Shown: one piece after another, positions 1 through 9,855 of the stretch
How positions within the stretch are numbered: position 1 is the stretch's first letter
Layout of the letters: each line of letters opens with the position of its first letter
DNA from: Geopsychrobacteraceae bacterium
GTDB taxonomy: Bacteria > Desulfobacterota > Desulfuromonadia > Desulfuromonadales > Geopsychrobacteraceae
Length of the DNA: 64,000 nucleotides
Reading direction: 5' to 3'
Assembly (NCBI GenBank): GCA_963676795.2
Contig: CAXXTB010000002.1
Coordinates: forward strand, 768,001-832,000
Notes under the pieces: model-generated
Database searches by the model: none
What the model was told of the DNA's origin: nothing
Seen by the model: the letters and a program-made list of their open reading frames with translations, nothing else
Position numbers and translations under genes: made by a program

Positions 1-469
1 ACTCTTTCATAATCCTTTCGTTGGTTGGTTCGTAAGAAGCGGCGGTGGCATTCCTATCGACCGTAACAGACCTTCCGCTACGACCATCAAACAGCTTATT
101 TCGCTCGTGCAAGAGGGGAATCCGGTTCTCATCTTTCCCAAAGGAACGCGGAGCCGCGATCAAATCGAAGCAAAGCGCGGCGCGGCGACCATCGCTCTGC
201 ATGCTAACGCGATGATTGTTCCTGCGCATTACGCTGGGCCGGAACACATCCGGCTAAGTCATCTGTTTCGCCGTCCGGATATTTGCGTTACGTTTGGCGT
301 GCCGATTATTCCCTCCGTGGATGTTCGCGCTGACAAGGAGGCAGCCATGAAACTGACAGCGCAGCTTGATGATGCCATGAGTGCTTTAGCCTGCAATCAT
401 TCAAACCCATTACCGGGCAATCATATTTCCGGACCTGATGCCGTGGGGGCAGTGTCTCGATCTTCATGA
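1..469 (+). CDS. Lysophospholipid acyltransferase (PlsC-like), 5'-truncated by the window edge
   Basis: Frame open from position 2: GIPIDR...VLIFPKGTRS...IVP matches acyltransferase blocks (canonical FPEGTRS). Confidence 0.8.
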   Translation, partial: LFHNPFVGWFVRSGGGIPIDRNRPSATTIKQLISLVQEGNPVLIFPKGTRSRDQIEAKRGAATIALHANAMIVPAHYAGPEHIRLSHLFRRPDICVTFGVPIIPSVDVRADKEAAMKLTAQLDDAMSALACNHSNPLPGNHISGPDAVGAVSRSS

Positions 470-584
470 ATCAAAATCGAGAGGTTGTCGCCCCGTAGGG
501 AGTTCCGAAAATAGGGGTCACGAAAACAGGGGAGCCCCGCCAGCTGCTAATTATGATGGTAGACCCCTAACTCTAACTAATGTT

Positions 585-643
585 CTTTTCTGACCTGAAG
601 CAGAAAAGTAACTCGTCCGGCGGGACGAGACCCGCCGGTTTTG
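585..643. repeat. Dispersed palindromic repeat, family A, copy 1
   Basis: cttttctgacctgaagcagaaaagtaactcgtccggcgggacgagacccgccggttttg; 58/59 identical by eye to 1911-1969. Confidence 0.9.
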
Positions 644-674
644 CCCTTTCGTCTTTTAGATTCTTTGTAGGTCG

Positions 675-1148
675 CTATTTCGAGAGATTGTTGAATATCT
701 TCAGACATTCAATCCGAGCTGTCTCAAGTTTCTGCTCTGTATAGCTTGATGCCTTAAGTGCGACTTTGGACTGTTCTATGTGGATTTCTACAATATCTTT
801 GGGCGCTTCAATAAAGGGAACAGTACATACTGTATCAATTGGGAAATCATCACCGATAATAGCGAGTACGGCACTGGGGTTTTTGGGAAGCCCGCGTGCA
901 ACGGCAATCATCAGTTCTTCTGTTACTGCTGCATCAGTATATTTCTTTAATGTTGGTGCAAACTCGATCGCTTCAGCATTCCCATATTCCATGAGATAGA
1001 GAAGGTAGTCGAACGTCCCGTTTTCGATGATTGCATTGAGGTATATCTCTTTTCCCTTTTTCAAGCCCTTAGCAGCGTCAGAAACTTCACTTGAATATGC
1101 ACTGGAGCTGAAAACAAATATTGCAATAATGGTCATTAGTAATTTCAT
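675..1148 (-). CDS. Exported protein, candidate immunity protein for the upstream Tlde1-like toxin
   Basis: 157 aa, Sec-type signal (MKLLMTIIAIFVFSSSAYS), two Cys, starts 2 nt after the toxin stop. Confidence 0.65.
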   Translation of the reverse strand: MKLLMTIIAIFVFSSSAYSSEVSDAAKGLKKGKEIYLNAIIENGTFDYLLYLMEYGNAEAIEFAPTLKKYTDAAVTEELMIAVARGLPKNPSAVLAIIGDDFPIDTVCTVPFIEAPKDIVEIHIEQSKVALKASSYTEQKLETARIECLKIFNNLSK

Positions 1149-1150
1149 TG

Positions 1151-1513
1151 TTAGCGCCTTACCTCAATAGATCCTAAACCGCTTTGCCAGATTTTTTCAC
1201 GGGCAGTTCGTGGAAGTATGATGCATCCTGTTGATGCTGAACCTGGTGAAGACGCTTTGTCTCCATGAATCTGGAAATTTTTTCTGCCATGTGCACTATG
1301 GCCGACAGGGTTTAATGGTAAAACATATGGGCCAGTGCGACTACTCGTTCTGGGAGAAGAAATCCGATAGTTGCCTCGGGGAATAGGACCTTTACTTTCT
1401 TTGTCTTCGCTTGCGGGATCATTTTTATATCCAGGTGCTCCTGAGTATCCTTTAGCAATGAGTTTGTCGCCGTTTTTCAATTCTCCAGTGGATTGATAAT
1501 ATATCCATCCCAT
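1151..1513 (-). CDS. Tlde1/DUF2778 L,D-transpeptidase-fold protein
   Basis: GYSG...GPIPRGNYRI...FQIHGD...SASTGCII (His/Cys dyad); GGAGG RBS; TTGACA at 1581-1586 on the minus strand. Confidence 0.85.
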   Translation of the reverse strand: MGWIYYQSTGELKNGDKLIAKGYSGAPGYKNDPASEDKESKGPIPRGNYRISSPRTSSRTGPYVLPLNPVGHSAHGRKNFQIHGDKASSPGSASTGCIILPRTAREKIWQSGLGSIEVRR

Positions 1514-1717
1514 AGTTGTGCCCCTCCTTGTTTACATTTTTATTTCCATTGAAATTCAAATATATCGGTATTTTACGATTTGTCAATTAATGAAAACACT
1601 CAAGTCTGGACTGGATGAGGAGAGGGGCTGGTGCAGTCTTTATATCTATTAAAATCAAAATCGCAGAGTTGCGGCCCAGTACGCCGCCTTACTTTTTTAT
1701 CTCGCCATAGGTAAACT

Positions 1718-1761
1718 AGGGACACTCACCAGTTTTAAGGTCTCAATTCCGGTTGTGTCAC
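1718..1761. repeat. Short repeat family B, copy 1
   Basis: agggacac...gtttta...tctcaattccggttgtgtcac, similar to 1845-1887 and 2969-3012. Confidence 0.6.
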
Positions 1762-1844
1762 TTCAAGTTTGTCGTGAGTAGTCGGTCGTTGCATATCGGA
1801 AGGAACCTGGCAGAGGGAGTCGGAGACATTGGGGCGGAAAAATT

Positions 1845-1887
1845 AGGGACACTTCCCTGTTTTATTTCTCCATTCCGGCTGCGTGAC
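1845..1887. repeat. Short repeat family B, copy 2
   Basis: agggacacttccctgttttatttctccattccggctgcgtgac. Confidence 0.7.
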
Positions 1888-1910
1888 ATTGGAACGGGAT
1901 CTTTGGGTTA

Positions 1911-1969
1911 CTTTTCTGACCTGAAGCAGAAAAGTGACTCGTCCGGCGGGACGAGACCCGCCGGTTTTG
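1911..1969. repeat. Dispersed palindromic repeat, family A, copy 2
   Basis: Near-identical direct copy of 585-643. Confidence 0.9.
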
Positions 1970-2005
1970 GTTATTTCCGAGAATGGCCCTTTTATTAGGC
2001 CCGGG

Positions 2006-2818
2006 TCATAGCAATTTCAAGACATTCTGTGCTGACATATTGGCCTGAGCCTGTATGGCTATCCCGGCCTTTTCGAGGATGCTGTTCCGGGTCAATGTCG
2101 AAACTTCTTTGGCGATATCGGCATCTGAAATTCTGGAATTTGCAGCAGCGGTGCTCTCTGCGACGTTTCCGAGGTTTTCTATGGTCGACTCGAACTGGCC
2201 TTGAACGGCACCGAGGTAGCCCCGGGTTTCAGAAATCGTGCTGAGGGCTTCGTCTATCTGAGCCAGAGATGCTTGAGCCCCTTCCTGTGTTAAGATGTCG
2301 AGCTCTGCCGTCCCCAGGTTTTCCTGGGTTACCCCGGAGATATTTACGTTGATCTGCTCGTTGGCATCGGCACCAACCTGAAAACTCATACCGGTTGCTG
2401 ACATATCACCGTTGAGGAGGGGCCGATCGTTAAAGGTGGTTGTTTCGGCAATCCGATCCAGCTCCGATTGAAGTTGTGAGAATTCGGCATTCATTGAGGC
2501 GCGGTCGGAATCGTTATAGATACCGTTGCCGGATTGTAATGACAGTTCGCGCATGCGCTGAAGGATCGATGTACTTTCACCAAGGGCTCCGTCGGCCGTT
2601 TGTACTAGTGAAATCCCGTCGTTGGCATTGCGCATCGCTTGGTTTAAACCACGGAACTGAGAATTAAAGCGGTCAGATATCGCGAGTCCCGCGGCATTGT
2701 CCTTGGCACTGTTGATCTCCAGGCCGCTAGAGATCCGTTTCATCGAATTTTCTTGATTCTGCTGTGCCTTGGTTAGAGGTGATGAACTTAAAGTTGTTCC
2801 ACCAATTGAAATGGCCAT
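2006..2818 (-). CDS. fliC: Flagellin (short, D0/D1 only)
   Basis: [53 protein letters not shown]...VLKLL. Confidence 0.92.
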   Translation of the reverse strand: MAISIGGTTLSSSPLTKAQQNQENSMKRISSGLEINSAKDNAAGLAISDRFNSQFRGLNQAMRNANDGISLVQTADGALGESTSILQRMRELSLQSGNGIYNDSDRASMNAEFSQLQSELDRIAETTTFNDRPLLNGDMSATGMSFQVGADANEQINVNISGVTQENLGTAELDILTQEGAQASLAQIDEALSTISETRGYLGAVQGQFESTIENLGNVAESTAAANSRISDADIAKEVSTLTRNSILEKAGIAIQAQANMSAQNVLKLL

Positions 2819-2968
2819 ACGACACCTCCGTAACGGTTACTCAGAGGCAGTGTGAGAAGAGTTCCTGAGACTGCTTTTGGGAAACTATAAGTATTTATCT
2901 TAAGACAGAGACGCTTCTCATGTCAAACAGAGGAGGGGGCATAGATGGGAAAAACCAGGGGAAAAGCC

Positions 2969-3012
2969 AGGGACACACCCCTGTTTTAATATCTCCATTC
3001 CTGCTGCGTCAC
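2969..3012. repeat. Short repeat family B, copy 3
   Basis: agggacacacccctgttttaatatctccattcctgctgcgtcac. Confidence 0.7.
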
Positions 3013-3417
3013 ATGGGAGGAGGGCAGCCATGAGCTGTAAGATGCTTTTCTCTTTTGGCACCGCTGAAGCGGGGCTGCGAACGGTTGAATCAAGCGAGGA
3101 ATGTCTGAAGGAGTGAGTATAAATGAAAGTCCCGGAGCTTGGGCCACCGGGACTTTATGTGTTTGTCGTGTGTTGCTGACTTCTGCGATGAAGGAGAGAC
3201 TATTCCTGTGGTATGTGAATCGTCATTTTGTCTGCCGTCATGATCCAGTCGGGCATGCCGGACCGGCCGGGCGTCGCCAGCAGACGCTGGCGGTTGTGGC
3301 AACGCAGCGCCTGTCTTTTACGGCCGCCGCTGAGGGTGACTCGCAGTGTCATCGGTTCGCAGCAAATCATATGAACATCCTTTCTTGTGGCCAGGCCGGC
3401 TTGAAAACACAATGAAC

Positions 3418-3732
3418 CTACTTCTTTTTGGCGGCGGCAGCTCGTTTGGATGCCTTGAGCGGGTTGACCTTCTGTTGCTCCCCTTTTTCGGTTCCGAACC
3501 AATAGCCGGGAATGCCCAGTTCGCCGTCGGCGAATCTCTGATAGTTCTCCTCGGATTCGAAAGCGACGACGAGGTTCCAGTTGCCGTATTTCTGCCTGGA
3601 CGGGTCGATCGGGATATGGAGGATCTGCTTTTCTTTCAATTCGTCGAGAATTTCATCAAGCGGACGCGCGCCTCTGAAGATGAGGCCCGATTCGTATTTG
3701 ACGGAGATACCCATGGTCGTTTCCTGATTCAT
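3418..3732 (-). CDS. Hypothetical protein
   Basis: AAGGAG RBS before ATG at 3732; protein-like composition; directly downstream of the flavodoxin. Confidence 0.65.
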   Translation of the reverse strand: MNQETTMGISVKYESGLIFRGARPLDEILDELKEKQILHIPIDPSRQKYGNWNLVVAFESEENYQRFADGELGIPGYWFGTEKGEQQKVNPLKASKRAAAAKKK

Positions 3733-3797
3733 CTGTGCTCCTTCCGTTCTGTGTGCGTGTTCATCGTTCAATTGAAATGGGCGCAACTGGGGGCCGT

Positions 3798-4292
3798 TCA
3801 GACTTCAGCCTTGAGCTGTTCGCTCCATTGCTGCAGACGTTCTTTGGTGAGCCGGGACTGATTGTCCTCATCGAGAGCCAGCCCGAGAAAATAACCATCT
3901 GCAGCAGCCGCAGAGGTGTCATAGTCGTAGCCGCTGTCCAGCCAGCGGCCGATTATGGTTGCTCCGGCCTGGGTGAAGGCCAGATGCAATGCCGCGATAG
4001 CGTCGACAAAGGTGTCTGGATAGCCGATCTGATCGCCCAGACCGAAAAAGGCGACTTTCTTTCCTGTCAGTTCCGTTTGGGTGACTCCTTTGAGGACTTG
4101 ATCCCAGTCATCCTGAAGCTCCCCCAGCCCCCAGGTTGAGGTGCCGCAGATCAGCAGGTCGTATTCCTTGAGGTCAGCTGGATCCAGGCTGGCCGCATCA
4201 ATGATTTCCGAGTTGTCAAACTTTTGCTGCAACTGTTCCGCTACTGCTTTGGTGTTGCCTGTTGTGCTTCCGTAGATGATTGCTGTTTTCAT
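3798..4292 (-). CDS. fldA: Long-chain flavodoxin
   Basis: YGSTTGNT, GTSTWGLGELQDDW, FFGLGDQIGYPDTFVDA. Confidence 0.93.
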   Translation of the reverse strand: MKTAIIYGSTTGNTKAVAEQLQQKFDNSEIIDAASLDPADLKEYDLLICGTSTWGLGELQDDWDQVLKGVTQTELTGKKVAFFGLGDQIGYPDTFVDAIAALHLAFTQAGATIIGRWLDSGYDYDTSAAAADGYFLGLALDEDNQSRLTKERLQQWSEQLKAEV

Positions 4293-4611
4293 AGTTCCTC
4301 CGAAAGTGAAATCCATTCTCAGGATAGTCGCGGATGAATAGCATGTCAGTGACTTTTGTCACGCTTTTGAACATTGGAAATCGCGGGAAAGCCTGCTCTT
4401 GGCTTTTGCAAATTTGATGTCGTGTCCTCACCTGACACTTATCTCTGGAGACGCCATAAGGGGGGTTTCGCCGGAAACACCGGTGACAGGTTCGAAATTT
4501 CTCATCTCCGGGCCCATCTGAAAAACTCTACTCTGTATAATTGAATAAGGACTCGCTCTTCTCTCAGGAGATGCTGCCCGGGGATTGAGTCGTCCAGAAA
4601 GGAGTCGCCTG

Positions 4612-6144
4612 ATGGAATTTTTACAAGAGTTGGGGCTCGCAGGAAAAAACTATGGGGCATCGACCGGGCGGGACTGGTTGAAACATGAAGACCGTGAAGA
4701 ATTAACAGTGATTTCGCCGGTGGATGGTCAGCCGGTCGCCAGTGTTTACCTGGCAACCGATCAGGATTATGAACGGATCGTCACCACCGCCAGGAAAGCA
4801 TTTTTCCACTGGCGTAAGGTGCCCGCACCGCAGCGGGGGGAGGTTGCCCGCCAGATCGGCCTTGCGTTGCGCCGTCACAAGGATGCTCTCGGCACCCTGG
4901 TCTCCTTTGAAATGGGCAAGTCGCTCGTCGAAGGGAAGGGGGAGGTGCAGGAGATGATCGATATCTGTGATTTCGCCGTCGGCCTGTCGCGTCAGCTTTA
5001 TGGTCGAACCATGGCTTCCGAACGGGAAAACCATAGGCTCTACGATCAGTATCATCCACTCGGCGTGGTGGGGATCATTTCCGCCTTCAACTTCCCGGTT
5101 GCGGTCTGGTCCTGGAATGCGATGATCTCGACCGTTTGCGGGAATACCTGCCTGTGGAAGCCATCAACGAAGGTGCCTTTAAGCGCCATTGCAGTACAGA
5201 ACCTCGTCGCCGGGGTGATCCGCAGCAACGATCTTCCGGAAGGACTGTTCAACCTGGTCGTTGGGCGTGGCGCAGCGATTGGCGAGCGGCTGCTGAACGA
5301 TACGCGGCTGCCGCTGGTTTCGCTGACCGGTTCGGTGGCCATGGGCCGTCACGGGGCCGAGGTGGTTGCCCACCGGTTCGGACGGACGATCCTTGAACTG
5401 GGCGGCAATAACGCCATCATCCTGACGGCTCATGCCGACCTGCAAAAGGCTCTGCCAGCCATCGTTTTCGGTGCGGTCGGAACTGCGGGGCAGCGCTGTA
5501 CCACGACCAGGCGGTTGATTGTCCACGAGTCGATCTATGACAAGGTCAAGGGCGCGCTGATCAGCGCCTATAGCGGACTTAAGATCGGCTCACCTCTGGA
5601 TGAGCAGAATCATGTCGGCCCGCTGATCGACAAACAGGCCGTCGATGCATTTTTTCATGGTCTCAAGCGGGTCGAGACAGAAGGGGGGCAGATCATCTAT
5701 GGCGGAACCCGGCTTGAGGGGGCGGGGTACGAGTCGAACTGTTACGTGGTGCCGGCGATCGCCGAGGTTGAAAACCATTACGCCATCGTCCAGGAGGAAA
5801 CCTTTGCCCCGATCCTTTATCTGATCCGCTACAGGGGTGATGTTGAGACCGCTATCGACTTGCAGAATGATGTGGCTCAGGGCCTGGCATCGGCGATCTT
5901 TACTGAAAATCTACGTGAGGCGGAAATCTTTCTCTCCGCTATCGGCTCCGATTGCGGTCTTGCCAACGTCAATGTGGGTACCTCCGGCGCTGAGATCGGC
6001 GGCGCTTTCGGCGGTGAAAAGGAGACCGGTGGTGGTCGGGAATCGGGCTCCGATGCCTGGAAAGGCTACATGAGGCGGCAGACCAACACGATCAATTACG
6101 GAACCGAACTGCCACTGGCGCAGGGGATCAGATTCGATATTTAG
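4612..6144 (+). CDS. ALDH7-family aldehyde dehydrogenase (piperideine-6-carboxylate / aminoadipate-semialdehyde dehydrogenase)
   Basis: ISAFNFPVAVW, LELGGNNA, GTAGQRCT, ETFAPILY, GAEIGGAFGGEKETGGGRESGSDAWK. Confidence 0.9.
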   Translation: MEFLQELGLAGKNYGASTGRDWLKHEDREELTVISPVDGQPVASVYLATDQDYERIVTTARKAFFHWRKVPAPQRGEVARQIGLALRRHKDALGTLVSFEMGKSLVEGKGEVQEMIDICDFAVGLSRQLYGRTMASERENHRLYDQYHPLGVVGIISAFNFPVAVWSWNAMISTVCGNTCLWKPSTKVPLSAIAVQNLVAGVIRSNDLPEGLFNLVVGRGAAIGERLLNDTRLPLVSLTGSVAMGRHGAEVVAHRFGRTILELGGNNAIILTAHADLQKALPAIVFGAVGTAGQRCTTTRRLIVHESIYDKVKGALISAYSGLKIGSPLDEQNHVGPLIDKQAVDAFFHGLKRVETEGGQIIYGGTRLEGAGYESNCYVVPAIAEVENHYAIVQEETFAPILYLIRYRGDVETAIDLQNDVAQGLASAIFTENLREAEIFLSAIGSDCGLANVNVGTSGAEIGGAFGGEKETGGGRESGSDAWKGYMRRQTNTINYGTELPLAQGIRFDI

Positions 6145-6153
6145 GAGGCTGCG

Positions 6154-7230
6154 ATGTCCGGGACGATAAATTCGATACTGGTGCTGGGGCTAGGCAAGGT
6201 GGGGTTCCTGGTTGCACTGCTCCTCCATGAGACGGGCTTTAAGGTTGTTGCTGCCGATTTCCAGGATCAGGACGCTGCCCCCTTTGAGACCAGGACGCTC
6301 GACGTCACCAGCCGCGCCGGACTGCGCTTGCTGCTGACCGATTTTGATGCGGTGGTCTCCTGTCTGCCTTACTGTTTCAATCTTGATGTCGCGACCCAGG
6401 CGAAAGAGCTGGGGCTCCACTATTTCGATCTGACCGAGGACGTGGCGACAACCAAGGCGATTATCGAGATGAGTGCCAGTGCGACGGCCGCCATGGCTCC
6501 CCAGTGTGGTCTGGCTCCCGGTTTTATCGCTATCGTCGGCGCCTCGCTGGCCCAGCGCCTGGACAGGATTCGTAGCATCAAGCTGCGTGTCGGGGCGCTG
6601 CCGAACAATCCGACCGGCTTGCTCTCCTACGCCTTTAACTGGTCGCCGGAAGGGGTGGTCAATGAATATCTTAACGATTGCGAGGTCATTGAAAACGGCC
6701 AGCATAAATGGGTGTCTCCGCTTGAGTGGCTGGAGAAACTGGTGATCAACGGTATCCATCTTGAGGCCTTCACCACCTCCGGGGGCTTGGGAACCATGTG
6801 CGAGACCTATGCCGGCCGGGTCGAAAATCTCGATTACAAATCGATCCGGTATCCCGGCCACGCCCAGCTGATGAACTTCTATTTTCACGAACTGCTGCTG
6901 CGCGAGGATCGTCAGCGCGCCGGGGAGATCCTGGTGCACGCAAAACCGCCGGTCAATGACGATGTCGTCTACGTACACGCTTCGGCGGAGGGATGGCGTC
7001 ACGGCCAGCTGCTGCGCGAAGAGTTTGTCAATGCCTACCGGCCACGTGAGATAGCCGGGCGCCAGTGGCGGGCGATCTCCTGGACGACCGCGGCCTCGGT
7101 CTGCGCGGTGATTGAACTGGTGAGCTGCGGGACTTTGCCGGCCAAGGGATTTATCAAGCAGGAAGAGATCGATTTTGCTGACTTTTTGAAGACCAAAAAC
7201 GGGCGGTTATATGCCGAACAGGATTTGTAA
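6154..7230 (+). CDS. Saccharopine dehydrogenase family / L-lysine 6-dehydrogenase-like
   Basis: GLGKVG Rossmann motif, HYFDLTED, CGLAPG, WSPEG, EAFTTSGG, YKSIRYPGH; in an operon with the ALDH7 gene. Confidence 0.85.
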   Translation: MSGTINSILVLGLGKVGFLVALLLHETGFKVVAADFQDQDAAPFETRTLDVTSRAGLRLLLTDFDAVVSCLPYCFNLDVATQAKELGLHYFDLTEDVATTKAIIEMSASATAAMAPQCGLAPGFIAIVGASLAQRLDRIRSIKLRVGALPNNPTGLLSYAFNWSPEGVVNEYLNDCEVIENGQHKWVSPLEWLEKLVINGIHLEAFTTSGGLGTMCETYAGRVENLDYKSIRYPGHAQLMNFYFHELLLREDRQRAGEILVHAKPPVNDDVVYVHASAEGWRHGQLLREEFVNAYRPREIAGRQWRAISWTTAASVCAVIELVSCGTLPAKGFIKQEEIDFADFLKTKNGRLYAEQDL

Positions 7231-7584
7231 CTCAGAGGGAATAAACTGGGAAAACTCCCCAGATAAGAGTCGTCCGGCAGGACGATACGTGTCAGTTTTT
7301 TACTGTCTTTGTTGGAACATCAGCACCGTGGAAAACAGCTTTTTGAATTCAGATATTTAGTTCATAAGAATTTCTTTTTATTTTTTAAATATTTAAATCT
7401 TGCCTTTTGTTGGCCGTGCGTGTACATTGTAGAAACTTAAAAAAGGTTGTGTAAATTTTTCGCTATTCAGACTGACAAGGTGTCTTTTTGGATTACAAAC
7501 ACAGGCTCGATTGAGCGTGTGTTTTTTTGTTTTTGCTGAAAATATTTACCAACAAACAGGTTCCTAGAGGAACATGGAGAAAAA

Positions 7585-7785
7585 ATGGTAGAAGGTACAG
7601 TAAAGTGGTTTAACGATTCTAAGGGCTTTGGTTTTATCGAACAGGACAACGGGCCTGATGTATTCGTTCACTTTTCCCAAATTCAGGGTGATGGTTTTAA
7701 ATCCCTGGCCGAAGGCGACCGCGTAAGCTTTGAGGTCAGCCAAGGTCAAAAAGGTCCTCAGTCCGAGAACGTTCGCAGGATCTAA
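7585..7785 (+). CDS. Cold-shock protein
   Basis: [22 protein letters not shown]. Confidence 0.97.
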   Translation: MVEGTVKWFNDSKGFGFIEQDNGPDVFVHFSQIQGDGFKSLAEGDRVSFEVSQGQKGPQSENVRRI

Positions 7786-7808
7786 TCGGGGATATGCTGG
7801 AATAATTA

Positions 7809-7839
7809 AAGGTCTCGCACTAACGCGAGGCCTTTTTTT
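7809..7839 (+). terminator. Intrinsic terminator after the csp gene
   Basis: aaggtctcgc-actaac-gcgaggcctt followed by a T-run. Confidence 0.75.
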
Positions 7840-7904
7840 GTCCGTTTTTGTCAGCAGATAACCGACCAGCCCGCATGTGGTGCACAACCACAGAGGAAAA
7901 CTTA

Positions 7905-8036
7905 ATGGCTAGAAAAACAAATTACAGCTACGAAAAACGGCAGAAGGAAATTGCCAAAAAAGCCAAGCAGGAAGAAAAGAAAAGTCGTAAACAGGGTCAG
8001 GATCTAGCCTCACAAGAGATGTCAGAACCAAACTGA
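7905..8036 (+). CDS. Small basic hypothetical protein
   Basis: GAGG RBS; MARKTNYSYEKRQKEIAKK, a pattern typical of small proteins next to csp genes. Confidence 0.65.
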   Translation: MARKTNYSYEKRQKEIAKKAKQEEKKSRKQGQDLASQEMSEPN

Positions 8037-8265
8037 TTCTCATCTGATGAGTCTGGCATCTAAGCGCCAGGCCAGATAAGCTCTCCCTCTCTCAGGTTCC
8101 ACTGTCATCACTCCTCTCGGAGATATCCCTGCGGATTGGCGTGATGAAATCCAATCGTGTCAGACTGTAAGGATACGATACTTAATAACCTTGCCCTATA
8201 GACTCCGGTCATCTCCCTGGTTTTTATTGGACATCTTTTGTCACACCAGAAACAGGAGTCGTGCC

Positions 8266-8691
8266 ATGAGTGAGACCACATTAGCGGTTGGCAGCCAAAT
8301 CGAAGTTCGTTGTCCTAATTGTCGTAAAAATCGGGAGCATGAGATTCTCTCCATGAAGAATGGCAAGCCCGATCAGGTTCAATGCACGCTTTGCAGAAAC
8401 CAGCGTAAATACAGGCGTCCGGTGGCTCAAAAAACTGCCGAGGAAAGGTTGCTCTTGAAGAACATTGAGCTTCGTCGCAGCGCAAATGCTGGTCAGCGGC
8501 AGCAGTGGGATGAGCTTCGTCCAGCCCTTGCGAGTGGTGCAGCAAAGGAGTATTCAATGTCCGCAAAATATAGAATTAAGGACATGATAAATCATCCGGT
8601 TTTTGGACTCGGCCTGGTCCAGCGCATCATCGGTTCGCAAAAAGTTGAAATTCTTTTTGAGGATGGTGTGAAAATTATGCGCTGCAAATAA
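8266..8691 (+). CDS. Hypothetical Zn-ribbon protein
   Basis: CPNC...CTLC and C-terminal HPVFGLG...KVEILFEDG; AGGAG RBS. Confidence 0.75.
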   Translation: MSETTLAVGSQIEVRCPNCRKNREHEILSMKNGKPDQVQCTLCRNQRKYRRPVAQKTAEERLLLKNIELRRSANAGQRQQWDELRPALASGAAKEYSMSAKYRIKDMINHPVFGLGLVQRIIGSQKVEILFEDGVKIMRCK

Positions 8692-8748
8692 TCTGCTATT
8701 GTTCCGACATTTTCAGGGATGAATTTCGCCAGAGAGGAATGAGTTAAA

Positions 8749-8961
8749 ATGACGATTTGTGACCCATGTAAAGAGTTGTCGAAGAAAACGCATCGTGCAA
8801 AGCCCCATGATATGTTGAGAAAATTGGAGGATGTGCGGATTTTTATCGGCAGCGGTTCACGGGGATATGAAGAACAGGATTACCTGTGTCTGGATTGCCA
8901 GGCGAAATTCACCCACAGTACCGACAAAAACAACCTGCCCTGGACTTTGTGGCAAGGGTGA
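8749..8961 (+). CDS. Small hypothetical protein with two CxxC motifs
   Basis: CDPC...CLDC, 70 aa. Confidence 0.6.
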   Translation: MTICDPCKELSKKTHRAKPHDMLRKLEDVRIFIGSGSRGYEEQDYLCLDCQAKFTHSTDKNNLPWTLWQG

Positions 8962-9075
8962 TTCCTTGAAATAGTTCCGATTCGATCTTACGCAAACGTT
9001 TACCTTAGAGATTCCCTCTCGTTTTGTCATTTATCCTGGATAGCTGGCCGAGCGCTCCTTTTCCCAGGCCTAAAA

Positions 9076-9774
9076 ATGACAAATTTACGTTTACGATACC
9101 AGACACTTGAGTTCAGAGACGCCGATATTCACCTCTGTACACTGCGCGACAGAGAGCAATTCAACGACCCGTTAGGGATCGCGGAAAAGCTTGGCATTTC
9201 ATCCTCCTTTTGGCCGATCTTCGGTCTTTTGTGGCCATCCGGTCTTGTCCTTGCCCATTTTATGGACAGTTATGATACGGGGACCAAGAGGATTCTGGAG
9301 GTCGGTTGCGGTATAGGGCTGCCCAGTTTGCTGCTCAATTCAAAACATGCCGATATTACTGCGACCGATCATCATCCGGAAGTCGAGGCCTTTCTGCTAA
9401 AGAATACCTCGCTTAACGACGGAACTCTTATCGCCTTTGAACGAACCGACTGGGCGGACAACGATGATCAGCTCGGAAAGTTCGATCTGATTATCGGCAG
9501 CGACCTTCTTTATGAGGATGAACATACTCATCTGCTTGCCAATTTTATCAATACTCATTCCAGGCCCGATTGTGAGGTCATTCTCAGCGATCCGGGACGA
9601 GGTCGTAAAACGAAACTGATCAAGGTCATGCAGACCTTCGGGTTCGTCGATTCCGCTGTCAAAATTCCTTGCGCCGCTCACGAAGGCAACCCGTACAAAG
9701 GTCATATCCTGAAATTTGAGCGGAAAATTTCTGGACCTGTGGCCGGCGAAGCGGATCATCATCTCAAGCAATAA
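9076..9774 (+). CDS. Class I SAM-dependent methyltransferase
   Basis: LWPSG, ILEVGCGIGL, FDLIIGSDLLYE. Confidence 0.85.
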   Translation: MTNLRLRYQTLEFRDADIHLCTLRDREQFNDPLGIAEKLGISSSFWPIFGLLWPSGLVLAHFMDSYDTGTKRILEVGCGIGLPSLLLNSKHADITATDHHPEVEAFLLKNTSLNDGTLIAFERTDWADNDDQLGKFDLIIGSDLLYEDEHTHLLANFINTHSRPDCEVILSDPGRGRKTKLIKVMQTFGFVDSAVKIPCAAHEGNPYKGHILKFERKISGPVAGEADHHLKQ

Positions 9775-9855
9775 GTCATAAGCGATAAGATACTTTTCCC
9801 CTTTATCCGCACTTGAGCGCAATGGTCGATGACGGCGACTCTATTTTTTGAGCCG

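Noticed and set aside
3200..3373. Small minus-strand ORF MICCEPMTLRV with an RBS-like sequence
   Set aside because: No recognisable motif and several competing overlapping ORFs; cannot support it.
4420..4560. Lysine or glycine riboswitch upstream of the ALDH7 operon
   Set aside because: Only a short ggggtttcgccg resemblance; the other conserved elements could not be found. An Rfam scan would settle it.
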